This document shows, piece by piece, positions 10,480 through 19,898 of a stretch of 64,000 nt of DNA; within the stretch, counting starts at the first letter, position 1; every line of letters begins with the position of its first letter. Made by a program: the position numbers and the translations under genes. The notes under the pieces were generated by a model. It ran no database searches, was not told the origin of the DNA, and was given only the letters and a program-made list of their open reading frames with translations. Where the stretch lies: contig CAYPSO010000009.1 in the NCBI GenBank assembly GCA_964413275.1, positions 3,399 through 67,398 of the forward strand. Reading direction: 5' to 3'. This stretch comes from an uncultured bacterium (GTDB lineage Bacteria > Cyanobacteriota > Cyanobacteriia > Cyanobacteriales > JAABRE01).

Positions 10480-13400
10480 ATGAATTTTAATAAAAACGGG
10501 GAAAAATTAGTGAAAGCTCGTTCTCTGCCCCCTCAAGAAGAGGCTTTTTCTCCTTGGGGAGGAGTTCATGAGTTTGTCCTAGAATATACAGCTAATCCAA
10601 AACTTCAAGCCGATCCAGAAATCAAAAAACTTCATAATTTCTTGGTTAATAATTCATCAGTGTGCAGTTTTTGTGGTGTTGGTTGTCCCTATGGAGTGGT
10701 TCTAAATTCCCAAAATAAGGAAAAAGTTGTCCCCCTCAGTAAATTGGGTTTATGTGTTAAAGGTGCAACTTCTTTATTGACTGGAGGCGATGCCCAACGG
10801 GAGGAAAGACTTAAACATCGTGGTAAAAAAGGCGATCTCAGCAAAGCTGAGGCACTTTGCGATCGCATTCGTACTCCCATGATTCGCCATCATGATGGCA
10901 GTTGGAAAGAAGTCTCTTGGGAAGAAGCCCTTGATCGCGCAGCTTGGCTGTTTCTCCATGTCAGGGAGTGGGTTGGCCCTGAAGGAGTGGCAATTTATGG
11001 CAATGGTCAAAAAACTATCGAAGGAATTTGGATGGCTTCTCTCTACAAAAACGTCTTTAAAATTTCTACCATTGGAGCCAACTCAGAGCATTGTCTGGCC
11101 AGTGCAGGAGCAGCCCATGAATTAAATTTTGGTAATGAAGCTTCCTTTACTTGGAAAGAATTTGAGGAATTAGAAATTTGTGATGTGGCCATACTTCACG
11201 GTACGAATCCGGTGGTTACTTTTCCCCAAGCTTACAAAAAACTAAAGAGTAATACTAAAGCTATTAAAGTAGTAATTGACCCAATTGAAAGCGACACAGT
11301 AATCGATTTGCGTCAATCCAATCAGCCAACCCTGCACATTCGTTTCGAGCAAGGGGGAGATGCCTTATTTAATTTAGCTGTGGCGAGGGTTATTTTAGAA
11401 AACGATTGGGAAGATCGAGAATTTTTAGATCAAGCAGTTGAACCGGAAAGTTTCCAAGAACTATATAATCTCTGTTTTGAAGATCGCTGTACTCCAGAAA
11501 ATGTTGCTCAACAAATTGCCCTCGAAGGAGATAATCCCACTGAGTTAGCCCAAACTATCCGCTACTACGCTTCATTGATTGCCCAACCGAATACAGAAGG
11601 ATACCGCCCCAAACCTGCTTTTGTTTCCAGTATGGGTATTAACCAAAGCACTGGTTCTTATGGTTTTTCCACTAATCTCAACCTATTGTTACTCACTGGT
11701 AATGTAGGACGTAAAGGGGCTGGTTCTTTAAGAATTGCCGGTCAATCTAATGCTACCAGCGAGCTAATGTTAGGATTTAATGCCCGTCGTTTATTATTCA
11801 ATTTAGATGCTACAAATCCCGAACACCGAAGGGAATTAGCGGAAATTTTAGAGATTCCAGAGCATAATATTCCAGATTCCCATGGTACTCCTGTATCGAG
11901 AATGTCTGATGATGATTATCTTTACTGCTTTATTTTTATGGGAACTCAGTTTACCCGTAATATGCCCCGTTTAGGTAATTGGTTAAAGCGGTTGGGACGC
12001 AGTTTTAATATTATGATCGATTCATTTTTACCCGATGGTGCCCTTGAATATGCAGATGTGATTTTACCTGCCCTTACCTATACAGAACGAATGGGAGTAA
12101 TTCAACGGGGCGATCGCACTCTTCAATTACAACAACCTCTAACCGAAGCACCACCTTTAGCTTGGGCAGATGAGGAAATTTTGGCACGACTAGCTTTAGC
12201 CATTTCTAATCGACTACAAGACCCAGATACGGCTGCTTTGAATGATTTAGACCCTGAAGTGGTAACACGAACTTTTGGACGTTATTTAAACGAATCAGGT
12301 AAGATCGATTCAGCTAGTGTCTTCGATCATGTGGTTTCAACTTCATGTCGGTTAAATGTCTATAACCGCTTGATAAATAGCCAAGGAGAACCGATTTCCC
12401 ATGCCATGTTAAGGGAAAATGCCGGCTTAGGAGTACAGTGGCAAGGAGATGGGCGTTATGGTGAAGCCAGAACCAAAGGAGCAGTTTTCCCCGGACTCCG
12501 TGATGGAGAGTTTACCCGCGCGAAGTTAGTACGTCCTCCTGAAAAGTTTTTGGAGCGTTTAGTTACTCGTGGTGATGAAAAACTACGCAGTCTAATTACT
12601 GGTAGAGGCCGCCCTGGAAGAAATCCGAAGGTTTATGTAGCAAGGTACAATTCCGGGATCAAAACTTTACCCATTGGAGCAAAAAAAACCGATGAAACCT
12701 ATTGGATTGAAATTAATCCTGACTATGCAGCTCAGAGAAATCTGAATCAAGGCGATCCAGTACGCATAACTAGCCATCATGGAACGATTATTGGCTCAGT
12801 TAGTCTGAATGCTCATGTCCCCCCAGAATTTCCTTTCCTCGATTTTGTACCGGGTGAAGCCAATCGTCTTACGGATTATTTAGATGCTGATCGCTTTACC
12901 AATCAAAGTTTAATCAAACGGACTCCCATCAGAGTGGAGCGTTTATCATTGGAAGAAGCAACTCTTTGGCAGCGACCAGATGCAGATGTTTTCAGCAAAA
13001 TAGTTTCTTCTCTTTATCAACACTATACTGCTGTATATCCCACTGAAACAGAGGCGGATTCTTTTGCTCGTGGTGAACCTAATGCGATGGACTGGTTGCC
13101 TTTAACTTCCCTGCGACAACCAAGTAATCAAAAAGAAGAAGAACTTGCGGTTTTAGTAGGAGCAATGGCTACATTTTTCCAGCGTTATGAGGAAGATACT
13201 AATTATCGAGCTTCGGCAGCGCAAATGTTAGAACAATGGCCCGGAGATAAACGGGAACGGTTTTTAACGATTCTTCTACCTCTGTTAAGAAAGCTCGATT
13301 ACGATACCCTAATGATGTCTTTACTCAATGATGTTGTGGGTAAAGTTTCCCTCCTAGACGCTTTGGGACAGATAAAATATGCCAATCTAGAAGAAGCCCA

Positions 13401-14388
13401 TGATAGTGCAACCATTGAAATTAAAGAGGAGGTGGTAGGGGTTCAGCTTTATCTGGCGATTAAATATGGTTTGGATTTGCTTTATGGCTGCGATAGTTCT
13501 ATAAACCAAGATGATATTGCCATAATTACCGGGATTCGCATCCCTTGTGCTGCGGATGTGCCTTCTTATTTTATGGGGGTTAGTCCTGCGGATTTAAAAT
13601 CAAGTAGATTAGTTCACTGTGCCCAAATTGGTAGTGATGCCATCGTCGTTATTGATCGCCGTAATAATCGTGGGGTTAAAATTGATACTACAACGGGAAT
13701 TTTACCCTACGATCGCGAATTACTTAAGTTACGCAGAAGTGTGATTATGAATAAGCGATCGGCTTCTCGCTATGAACACCGCCGTTTCTTTGACCGTTTA
13801 ATTGAACTTATTGTAAAGTTTGTGCGTTTAGATCGGGAAAATTTCCGAGCCATCGGTCCATTTCCTTTTCCTTGGGAAGAGTTTTCTAATAAGTTGACTT
13901 TTGTCCCTTGGAAAAAACAATCATTTCAGCAAATGTTGTTACAAGCTAATCTCTCGTCGTCACTGGTGGAAGGGTTAATCGGAATAGAAATATTAGATCC
14001 CAAAGAAAATGCAGATTTGATACAGCAATTATTAAGGCAGGATGGGGGCGATCAAGCTAAGGGTTCACAAGTTGATACTTTCACTGCCTTAGTCAATAAC
14101 CAAGATTTATCAACAGAAAGAAAGGTTTTCCAAGTAATTGAGCAATATATTACCCCTGTTTTAGAAAATGATGGCGGTAAGCTGGAACTACTCTATTTCG
14201 ATGCGAGTCTTGGTGAAGTAACGGTAAGGTTTTTAGGAAGTTGTGCTAATTGTCCTTCTTCAATTCTTTCAGTGGAAACTCTAGTTAAACCACCATTACT
14301 AAATATTCCGGGAGTCTATCGCGTAGTACATCGAACTCATTTAAGGCGGGACGAAATAACTCACAAACCTTTACTTCATAGTTCCTAG
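10480..14388 (+). CDS. Molybdopterin (bis-MGD) oxidoreductase fused to an unrecognised ~370-aa region and a C-terminal Nfu/NifU-C domain
   Basis: 4Fe-4S Mo/W motif CSFCGVGCPYGV...GLCVKGAT, a candidate Mo-ligand Cys (GANSEHCLASAG) and the MopB C-terminal barrel (YWIEINPDYAAQRNLNQGDPVRITSHHGTIIGSV). The Nfu module is GGKLELLYFDASLGEVTVRFLGSCANCPSS. Confidence 0.8.
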   Translation: MNFNKNGEKLVKARSLPPQEEAFSPWGGVHEFVLEYTANPKLQADPEIKKLHNFLVNNSSVCSFCGVGCPYGVVLNSQNKEKVVPLSKLGLCVKGATSLLTGGDAQREERLKHRGKKGDLSKAEALCDRIRTPMIRHHDGSWKEVSWEEALDRAAWLFLHVREWVGPEGVAIYGNGQKTIEGIWMASLYKNVFKISTIGANSEHCLASAGAAHELNFGNEASFTWKEFEELEICDVAILHGTNPVVTFPQAYKKLKSNTKAIKVVIDPIESDTVIDLRQSNQPTLHIRFEQGGDALFNLAVARVILENDWEDREFLDQAVEPESFQELYNLCFEDRCTPENVAQQIALEGDNPTELAQTIRYYASLIAQPNTEGYRPKPAFVSSMGINQSTGSYGFSTNLNLLLLTGNVGRKGAGSLRIAGQSNATSELMLGFNARRLLFNLDATNPEHRRELAEILEIPEHNIPDSHGTPVSRMSDDDYLYCFIFMGTQFTRNMPRLGNWLKRLGRSFNIMIDSFLPDGALEYADVILPALTYTERMGVIQRGDRTLQLQQPLTEAPPLAWADEEILARLALAISNRLQDPDTAALNDLDPEVVTRTFGRYLNESGKIDSASVFDHVVSTSCRLNVYNRLINSQGEPISHAMLRENAGLGVQWQGDGRYGEARTKGAVFPGLRDGEFTRAKLVRPPEKFLERLVTRGDEKLRSLITGRGRPGRNPKVYVARYNSGIKTLPIGAKKTDETYWIEINPDYAAQRNLNQGDPVRITSHHGTIIGSVSLNAHVPPEFPFLDFVPGEANRLTDYLDADRFTNQSLIKRTPIRVERLSLEEATLWQRPDADVFSKIVSSLYQHYTAVYPTETEADSFARGEPNAMDWLPLTSLRQPSNQKEEELAVLVGAMATFFQRYEEDTNYRASAAQMLEQWPGDKRERFLTILLPLLRKLDYDTLMMSLLNDVVGKVSLLDALGQIKYANLEEAHDSATIEIKEEVVGVQLYLAIKYGLDLLYGCDSSINQDDIAIITGIRIPCAADVPSYFMGVSPADLKSSRLVHCAQIGSDAIVVIDRRNNRGVKIDTTTGILPYDRELLKLRRSVIMNKRSASRYEHRRFFDRLIELIVKFVRLDRENFRAIGPFPFPWEEFSNKLTFVPWKKQSFQQMLLQANLSSSLVEGLIGIEILDPKENADLIQQLLRQDGGDQAKGSQVDTFTALVNNQDLSTERKVFQVIEQYITPVLENDGGKLELLYFDASLGEVTVRFLGSCANCPSSILSVETLVKPPLLNIPGVYRVVHRTHLRRDEITHKPLLHSS

Positions 14389-14447
14389 TAGATGAGCTAC
14401 GAACTCATATTACTGATTGATTTGTACTAACGGGACTTAAACAAAAA

Positions 14448-14640
14448 TTAAGCCCAAACAAAGCCAAAACTGGCTTTATAAGCTATGAATACGTCACGAT
14501 TTTGGTTGAGCCATGAGACAAAACGATAAGACATAGCTGTACGAAATGCCTCCAAAGCTTCAGGAAAGGTGTTCAAAGGTTTATTAGCCCAACGTCTTCT
14601 TAGTCCTCCAGTTAGCTTGTGCCAAAGTATAAAAGTATAA
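14448..14640 (-). mobile_element. IS630 (Tc1/mariner)-type transposase C-terminal remnant
   Basis: Minus-strand reading gives ...LYFILWHKLTGGLRRRWANKPLNTFPEALEAFRTAMSYRFVSWLNQNRDVFIAYKASFGFVWA*. This resembles the (NPIE)ILWxKLK...C-terminus of IS630 transposases. There is no start codon and no upstream DDE part. Confidence 0.4.
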
Positions 14641-14718
14641 GCACAAAATTAAAAGAACCACAGAATCTTTGAAAGATAATGGTTTTATCTTTATTCAGCA
14701 ACCCATATTTAGTTTATT

Positions 14719-16173
14719 TCAGGTTTTCTCTGAATCAGGAATTGTAATATCCACAGTTGTGATTTGTGTATTTAAACTCCTTAATTCTGGTTCAATTTCT
14801 TTTTGATTACCTACTACTAAGGTAATAATTTTACTAGGTTGTAAATATTTTTGTGCTGCTTTTTGTACATCTTCAATACTTGTTGCTTTGACTTGTTTTT
14901 GGTATTGAAAAATAAAATCTAAGGGATAACCAAAATATTCGTAGCGCATTAAACGAGATAAAGTTTGTCTTGGTTTTTGGAAATTAAAGACAAAGGAATT
15001 AAGAATTGAGTCTTTAGCATAAGCTAATTCTTCTTCACTAATCCGTTGATTTTGTATTTTTTCGATTTCTGATTTGAGAGATTGAATAAAAGGTACAGTA
15101 GCATCAGAACGAGTTTGACCTCCAGCTAAAAACATACCTGGATAATCGTAGTTAACCTGCCATGCTCCATAGACAGAATAAGCCAAGCCTTGACGAGAAC
15201 GTACTTCATTAAATAAACGTCCTCCAAAACCGTTTAAGACACCATTTAATACGGTTAAAGCGGGATAATCAGGTTCATTGGCTTGACCTCCAATATGACC
15301 TAATCTAATATTACTTTGAGTTAACTGAGGTTGATTAATAAAAAATAAGCCATTTTCATATTTTTGATTGGCTGTCGGAATATTATTATTTATGTCCTGT
15401 TTAATCGGTTGCCAATCGCCAAAATTATCATTAATCAACTGTTTCATTGCCGGAGCATTAAAATCACCAACTATCCCTAAAATCATATTATTAGGATGAA
15501 AATATTGTTGATAAAAATTAACTAAATCTTGACGATTAATATTATTAATTGTTTGATATTCTATGGTGCGAGCATAGGGGCTATTTTCCCCATAAATAAC
15601 CTTTTGAAATTCTCGATCTGCGATCGCCTGTGGATCGTCATTACGACGGGCAATACTACTTTTAAATTGTTGTTTTGCTAACTCTATTTTATCATCGGGA
15701 AAAGCAGGTGATCGCAAAACTTCTGCAAATAACTGGAATACGGTTTCTAAGTCTTCAGTTAAGGTATTAAAACTAGCATTACCAGAAGTATCACCAATGG
15801 AAGTTTCCACCGTTGCCGCTTTATCTTCTAAAATTTTATTTAATCGATCTGCTGGATGTTCTTGAGTTCCGCCTAAACGCATTATAGTGCCAGTTAACTC
15901 TGCTAATCCTATCTTTTCTGAAGGTTCTAATCGAGAACCTGTTTTAATAAAAGTTGTACCACTTATCAAAGGAAGTTGATGATCTTCCATTAAATAAACC
16001 ACCATACCATTATCAAGTTGATAACGTTCATAATCTGGTATTTGTACTTCTTTTAAAGGAGGAAATTCTAAATCTTTATAGCTGTTTGGTGTTAAAGCAA
16101 TAACAGGTAAACTAAAAACAACTATTAAAAGTAATGTGGCTATTCCTAAAACTATTGAAGTAATTTTTTTCAT
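14719..16173 (-). CDS. M16-family peptidase, non-catalytic-type subunit (no HxxEH)
   Basis: 484 aa with a signal anchor and M16 fold motifs, but GLAELTGTIMRLGG stands where HxxEH is expected. It is paired with the next gene. Confidence 0.8.
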   Translation of the reverse strand: MKKITSIVLGIATLLLIVVFSLPVIALTPNSYKDLEFPPLKEVQIPDYERYQLDNGMVVYLMEDHQLPLISGTTFIKTGSRLEPSEKIGLAELTGTIMRLGGTQEHPADRLNKILEDKAATVETSIGDTSGNASFNTLTEDLETVFQLFAEVLRSPAFPDDKIELAKQQFKSSIARRNDDPQAIADREFQKVIYGENSPYARTIEYQTINNINRQDLVNFYQQYFHPNNMILGIVGDFNAPAMKQLINDNFGDWQPIKQDINNNIPTANQKYENGLFFINQPQLTQSNIRLGHIGGQANEPDYPALTVLNGVLNGFGGRLFNEVRSRQGLAYSVYGAWQVNYDYPGMFLAGGQTRSDATVPFIQSLKSEIEKIQNQRISEEELAYAKDSILNSFVFNFQKPRQTLSRLMRYEYFGYPLDFIFQYQKQVKATSIEDVQKAAQKYLQPSKIITLVVGNQKEIEPELRSLNTQITTVDITIPDSEKT

Positions 16174-16253
16174 TGGTATCGTTATATTTTTTCTGCAAAA
16201 TTATTTAATCTGTAGCAGTTAGCAATTAGCAAATTAGCCGAATCCTGACTACT

Positions 16254-16281
16254 GTAAGGGCAGAATATATTCTGCCCCTAC
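16254..16281. terminator. Palindrome GTAAGGGCAGAATA/TATTCTGCCCCTAC, 3' of the M16 gene (family 'GGGGCWG')
   Basis: Read directly: 14-nt arms with one mismatch, 5 nt downstream of the stop at 16286 (minus strand). It is preceded by an AGCAGTT/AGCAATT heptamer run (16214-16240). Confidence 0.45.
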
Positions 16282-16285
16282 TGAA

Positions 16286-17824
16286 TTACTGACTAATTAA
16301 TCGTCCTATAGTCCGATTTTCTGGGGTAAAAGTTTTTTGTGCTACCCTTTGAATATCAGCAGCAGTAACAGCAGATATTTTGTCAATTTCTTGAAATAAA
16401 TTGGACCAGTTTCCTGTTTTAACTTGATATTCTGCTAGGGTTTGAGCCATACCCATATTTGAATCTAACATTCTAATAAAGTTAGCTTTTGCTTGGGTTT
16501 TAACTCGATTTAATTCGTCTTCAGTAACTAATTCAGTTTTTAATTTATCTATTTCTAATCTCAAAGCTTGAGCAAGCTCATCAAGGGTTTTACCTTGAGA
16601 TGTTAAGGCAAAAAACAGCATTAAATTAGGATATTTATCCCCCGGAAAACCATTAAAACCTTGGGCAGCAAGAGCAACTTGTTTTTCCTCCACTAAAGAT
16701 TTGTATAAACGAGATGTACGCCCGTCACTTAATAAAGAAGCGATTAAATCGTAAACAGCATTATCAGCATCATTAATATTTGGACGATGATAACCTTCTA
16801 AATATAAAGGTTGAGCTGGTAATTTTAATTCTATTTCTTTAGTCTCTTGTTGGGCAGGTTCAACTATTGTCAATTTTGGTGGTTTTTCTTGGGTTTTATA
16901 TCTACCAAAATAAACTTTAGCTAATCTCTTAACTTCCTCAGATTTAACATCACCAACTACGGCAATAGTTAAGTTATTAGGGACATAATAGGTGTTAAAA
17001 AATTCCTGAACATCTTCCCTTGTCAAATTGCGAATATCCTCGTTATAGCCAATTACAGGTCTTTTATAGGGATGTTGAGTATAAGCCTTATCTATAAATG
17101 CTTCAACCATTTGACCGATAGGAGAATTATCGGTACGCATTCTTCTTTCTTCTAAAATTACATCTTTTTCTTTATAAAATTCCCGAAAAACTGGATCGAG
17201 AAAACGTTCAGATTCTAATGACATCCATAATTCCAATTTATTAGAAGGAAAACTATAAAAATAACTCGTAAAATCCGCAGAAGTTGCTGCATTTAAACCA
17301 ACTCCCCCTTCAGTTTCTACTATTTGCCCAAACTCATTTTGTTTAACATATTTATTAGCTTCGGATTCAATTTGTTTAAATTCATTTTCTAACTGAGATA
17401 TTTTTAATTTATCGTTATTTTTTTTAGCTGTTTGAATTTCTTTAAATTTTTCATCTAATCGAGCTAATAATTTTTCTTCTGCTTGATAATTGGTAGTACC
17501 TATGGTACTTGTTCCTTTAAAAGCTAAATGTTCTAAGAAATGAGCTACACCCGTTTTACCATTCGGTTCATCTACACCACCTACATCAGCATAAGTAACA
17601 AAAGAAACCACTGGAGCTTGATTATCTTCTAAAACAATGAATTTCATACCATTATCTAAAGTAAATTCATCTATACGTTGAATTACTCGGTCTAAATAGG
17701 GCTGTATTGATGACTGTGTATTGGTTTCGAGACTTGCTTCTGCTGGATGGATATTAACAGTCCAAATTAATAGACAAATTATCAGAAAACAAGTTAATCG
17801 TCGGTAGAAAGGACTTCTATTCAT
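16286..17824 (-). CDS. M16-family Zn peptidase (pitrilysin-like), catalytic-type
   Basis: HxxEH present (VAHFLEHLAFKGT), with an N-terminal signal anchor. Confidence 0.85.
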   Translation of the reverse strand: MNRSPFYRRLTCFLIICLLIWTVNIHPAEASLETNTQSSIQPYLDRVIQRIDEFTLDNGMKFIVLEDNQAPVVSFVTYADVGGVDEPNGKTGVAHFLEHLAFKGTSTIGTTNYQAEEKLLARLDEKFKEIQTAKKNNDKLKISQLENEFKQIESEANKYVKQNEFGQIVETEGGVGLNAATSADFTSYFYSFPSNKLELWMSLESERFLDPVFREFYKEKDVILEERRMRTDNSPIGQMVEAFIDKAYTQHPYKRPVIGYNEDIRNLTREDVQEFFNTYYVPNNLTIAVVGDVKSEEVKRLAKVYFGRYKTQEKPPKLTIVEPAQQETKEIELKLPAQPLYLEGYHRPNINDADNAVYDLIASLLSDGRTSRLYKSLVEEKQVALAAQGFNGFPGDKYPNLMLFFALTSQGKTLDELAQALRLEIDKLKTELVTEDELNRVKTQAKANFIRMLDSNMGMAQTLAEYQVKTGNWSNLFQEIDKISAVTAADIQRVAQKTFTPENRTIGRLISQ

Positions 17825-18057
17825 GGGATTTTTATGGCCAAAATAATTTAATGATTAAGTTGTTATGCAGTTAATTTTTACAATTTTAGCGGGTAAAAGG
17901 GCAATCTTTCCAATTTTCAGAAAATTAAGATCACCAAAATCCATCAAACCTCTCTCTGAAGGCAGAAGATTCTATGTAACCTTAATTGAATTCCTACTAT
18001 TGAGTTATACCTTGGTTATATTTGGTAAGTCCAAAGCAAAAAAGAAGCAATATAACG

Positions 18058-18141
18058 GCCTGCGGCTCACCGGACGGTTATGATGTTTGCATCATAACTG
18101 ATAGAGTAACGCTCCGTTCCTAGTGCAGCCGCTTGTTAGGC
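18058..18141. other. GC-rich imperfect long hairpin with a nested perfect 8-bp hairpin (TTATGATG-TTTG-CATCATAA, 18078-18097)
   Basis: Read directly: arms GCCTGCGGCTCACCGGACGG (18058-18077) and CCGTTCCTAGTGCAGCCGCTTGTTAGGC (18114-18141) pair over about 20 bp with bulges. The element overlaps the last ~16 codons and the stop of the DUF2971 ORF. Confidence 0.4.
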
Positions 18142-18886
18142 AATAGAACTGAGATGACCCACAAGCGTGCATAATCAAGCTTGGCTCAGTTGCCAAATTT
18201 GATTTGCTGACTTCAATGTGACTATAGCCATATCGGTTCATAACTGCTCTAACTAAATCATGAAACCAAGAAGAAGCAAATGGAGACGTAATTATACGAC
18301 CAAATAAGGCTTTAGAATCAATAGGGATATAGTAACCATTTTGTGAAGGTGGAAGTTTCACTTGGTGTTTTCCTTGTTCATCAAGTGGGACTTTCTCATA
18401 TATTACTCTTATCTCTTTCTCATATTCAAAAGGAGATCTCTTTGTAGTACAGGTAAAAAACCTACTGCCAGCAAAGACACCAGAGATATACCTAACTTGA
18501 CCAATAAATATATCTTCTGAAAAAGATCTAAAACATTCTTTGAGTCTGGAGAAACTTGTTTCAATGGCAACTCCATCACTAGTATTATCAAGATAAATCT
18601 TCCATAGGGCATATGATTCATGAATGTCATGATTCCAGCAATTCACAAAAAAATGTCTCCTATGATCTCTTGGGAAGTCATTTTGTATTTGATCAAGCAA
18701 CCCTGGCAATGGGTGATCGACTAAATTGAAAAGACCTTCAAATTTATCTTCTTTTGCTAATAAACTTAAGCTAGGGAAGAAAAGAGAGTTGTTTTCAAGA
18801 ACTGATAGAAATTTAGTCATACTCATGTATCTTCTGACAATACATTCATCAGATACAATGTCAAGTCTGTCATCCTCTTTATACAT
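18092..18886 (-). CDS. DUF2971-like protein
   Basis: VRRYMSMTKFLSVLENNSLFFPSLSLLAKEDKFEG...FFVNCWNHDIHESYALWKIYLDNTSDGVAIETS...IGQVRYI...KRSPFEYEKEIRVIY follows the DUF2971 pattern as I recall it. G+C is visibly higher than in the flanks. Confidence 0.55.
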   Translation of the reverse strand: MYKEDDRLDIVSDECIVRRYMSMTKFLSVLENNSLFFPSLSLLAKEDKFEGLFNLVDHPLPGLLDQIQNDFPRDHRRHFFVNCWNHDIHESYALWKIYLDNTSDGVAIETSFSRLKECFRSFSEDIFIGQVRYISGVFAGSRFFTCTTKRSPFEYEKEIRVIYEKVPLDEQGKHQVKLPPSQNGYYIPIDSKALFGRIITSPFASSWFHDLVRAVMNRYGYSHIEVSKSNLATEPSLIMHACGSSQFYCLTSGCTRNGALLYQL

Positions 18887-18924
18887 GAAGTTGATTCTAA
18901 AGATTTAATCGTGTAAATCAGCCT

Positions 18925-19045
18925 AACTATTTATTATACTGACAATTTCTGTATAATCAATCCCTAAAGGACAAAAAATAGAAAGTTTCCGTATAATTCC
19001 CCTGTAGAGAATATTATTCAGAAACTTTCCGCACAATTGCTGATG
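18925..19045. repeat. Direct repeat copy A (121 nt, including a 40-nt internal partial duplication), upstream of the DUF2971 gene
   Basis: Aligned by eye to 19899-19979: 33/34 nt, then a 40-nt insert (18959-18998), then 45/47 nt. Confidence 0.85.
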
Positions 19046-19074
19046 TTATGCCGTAATCAATCCTGTTGCCTCTG

Positions 19075-19509
19075 TTAAGAAGCAACTGTCCAATCCTCAA
19101 GTACTAGTCCTGAAACTTTACTAAAGTCCCGATGATTACGAGTCAGCAAAGTCAAATCACGAGATAGGGCAATTGCAGCAATTCGCGCATCCATTTTTGC
19201 TAATTGAATTCGTTGAGATTCTAATTCAGTGTATGCTGTAGCTGCACTTGCATCAAACGAAGCAACGGGTAGCACTTTGAAATTGCTCACAATTCGCGCC
19301 ATTATCTCGTATCCCTTTACAACCTGATTTAGAGTACGAGCACGATTTATATAAGCGTGGCTTCCAAGCATTTGCTCATGAAACGTCACAATAGATACCG
19401 CAAAGTCTGATAGTGAGTGCTGTGCCATACGTTTTCTAAGATTGTTGTAATCCTCCCCCACCTGACGTTGTAGAATACTCAAATGGTCAGTATCTAACAA
19501 ATATTTCAT
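19075..19509 (-). CDS. vapC: PIN-domain toxin VapC
   Basis: MKYLLDTDHLS...the Asp-bearing N-terminus, 144 aa, and a 4-nt ATGA overlap with the upstream antitoxin ORF. Confidence 0.85.
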   Translation of the reverse strand: MKYLLDTDHLSILQRQVGEDYNNLRKRMAQHSLSDFAVSIVTFHEQMLGSHAYINRARTLNQVVKGYEIMARIVSNFKVLPVASFDASAATAYTELESQRIQLAKMDARIAAIALSRDLTLLTRNHRDFSKVSGLVLEDWTVAS

Positions 19510-19739
19510 AGCTCATCTTGTGCTTCGAGCAGAGACTCATCTCCCTGACGAATTGCTCGTCCATAAGCGAGTACCTCCTCAAAGGCAGGTTCATCCTTCA
19601 ATGATCCTGTAATTTGTTGCAGCCAGTTCATCTGCTGAGAAATTGCAATTTGCTTCTGCAACTGGGCAATCGCAGCTTCTACTGCTGCAAGTCGTTCCTC
19701 TAAAGAAGTATTGATTTTCATTTCCTTTTTCCCTAGCAA
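19506..19739 (-). CDS. Type II antitoxin partner of VapC (the true start is probably the ATG at 19721)
   Basis: Small acidic-tailed ORF overlapping the vapC start. AAGGA lies upstream of the internal ATG (MKINTSLEERLAAVEAAIAQLQ...). Confidence 0.7.
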   Translation of the reverse strand: MLGKKEMKINTSLEERLAAVEAAIAQLQKQIAISQQMNWLQQITGSLKDEPAFEEVLAYGRAIRQGDESLLEAQDEL

Positions 19740-19752
19740 ATGCTACTTTGAA

Positions 19753-19782
19753 TTAGCATTGTAAAGCATATCTTTATGCTAA
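19753..19782. promoter_or_regulatory. Inverted repeat TTAGCAT-N16-ATGCTAA upstream of the antitoxin gene (candidate autoregulatory operator)
   Basis: Read directly. An extra AAGCAT half-site lies inside. It sits 14-60 nt upstream of the candidate starts. Confidence 0.35.
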
Positions 19783-19898
19783 CTCATAAAAAAAGGACTG
19801 GACTCTAAACAAATGATTGCCCGTTTTTCGTGAATGAGGATAGCCACCTGACGGGCATTTCACCAACGACTCATTAATGAAATCTCCGTTAGCGGTAT

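Noticed and set aside
14719-17824. The tandem M16 peptidases as something unusual
   Set aside because: An active (HxxEH) plus inactive subunit pair is the standard arrangement for this family.
17865-18083. Track ORF 17865..18083 (+) in the spacer before the islet
   Set aside because: No ribosome-binding site and a low-complexity basic sequence. It ends inside the GC-rich hairpin, so it is more likely non-coding.
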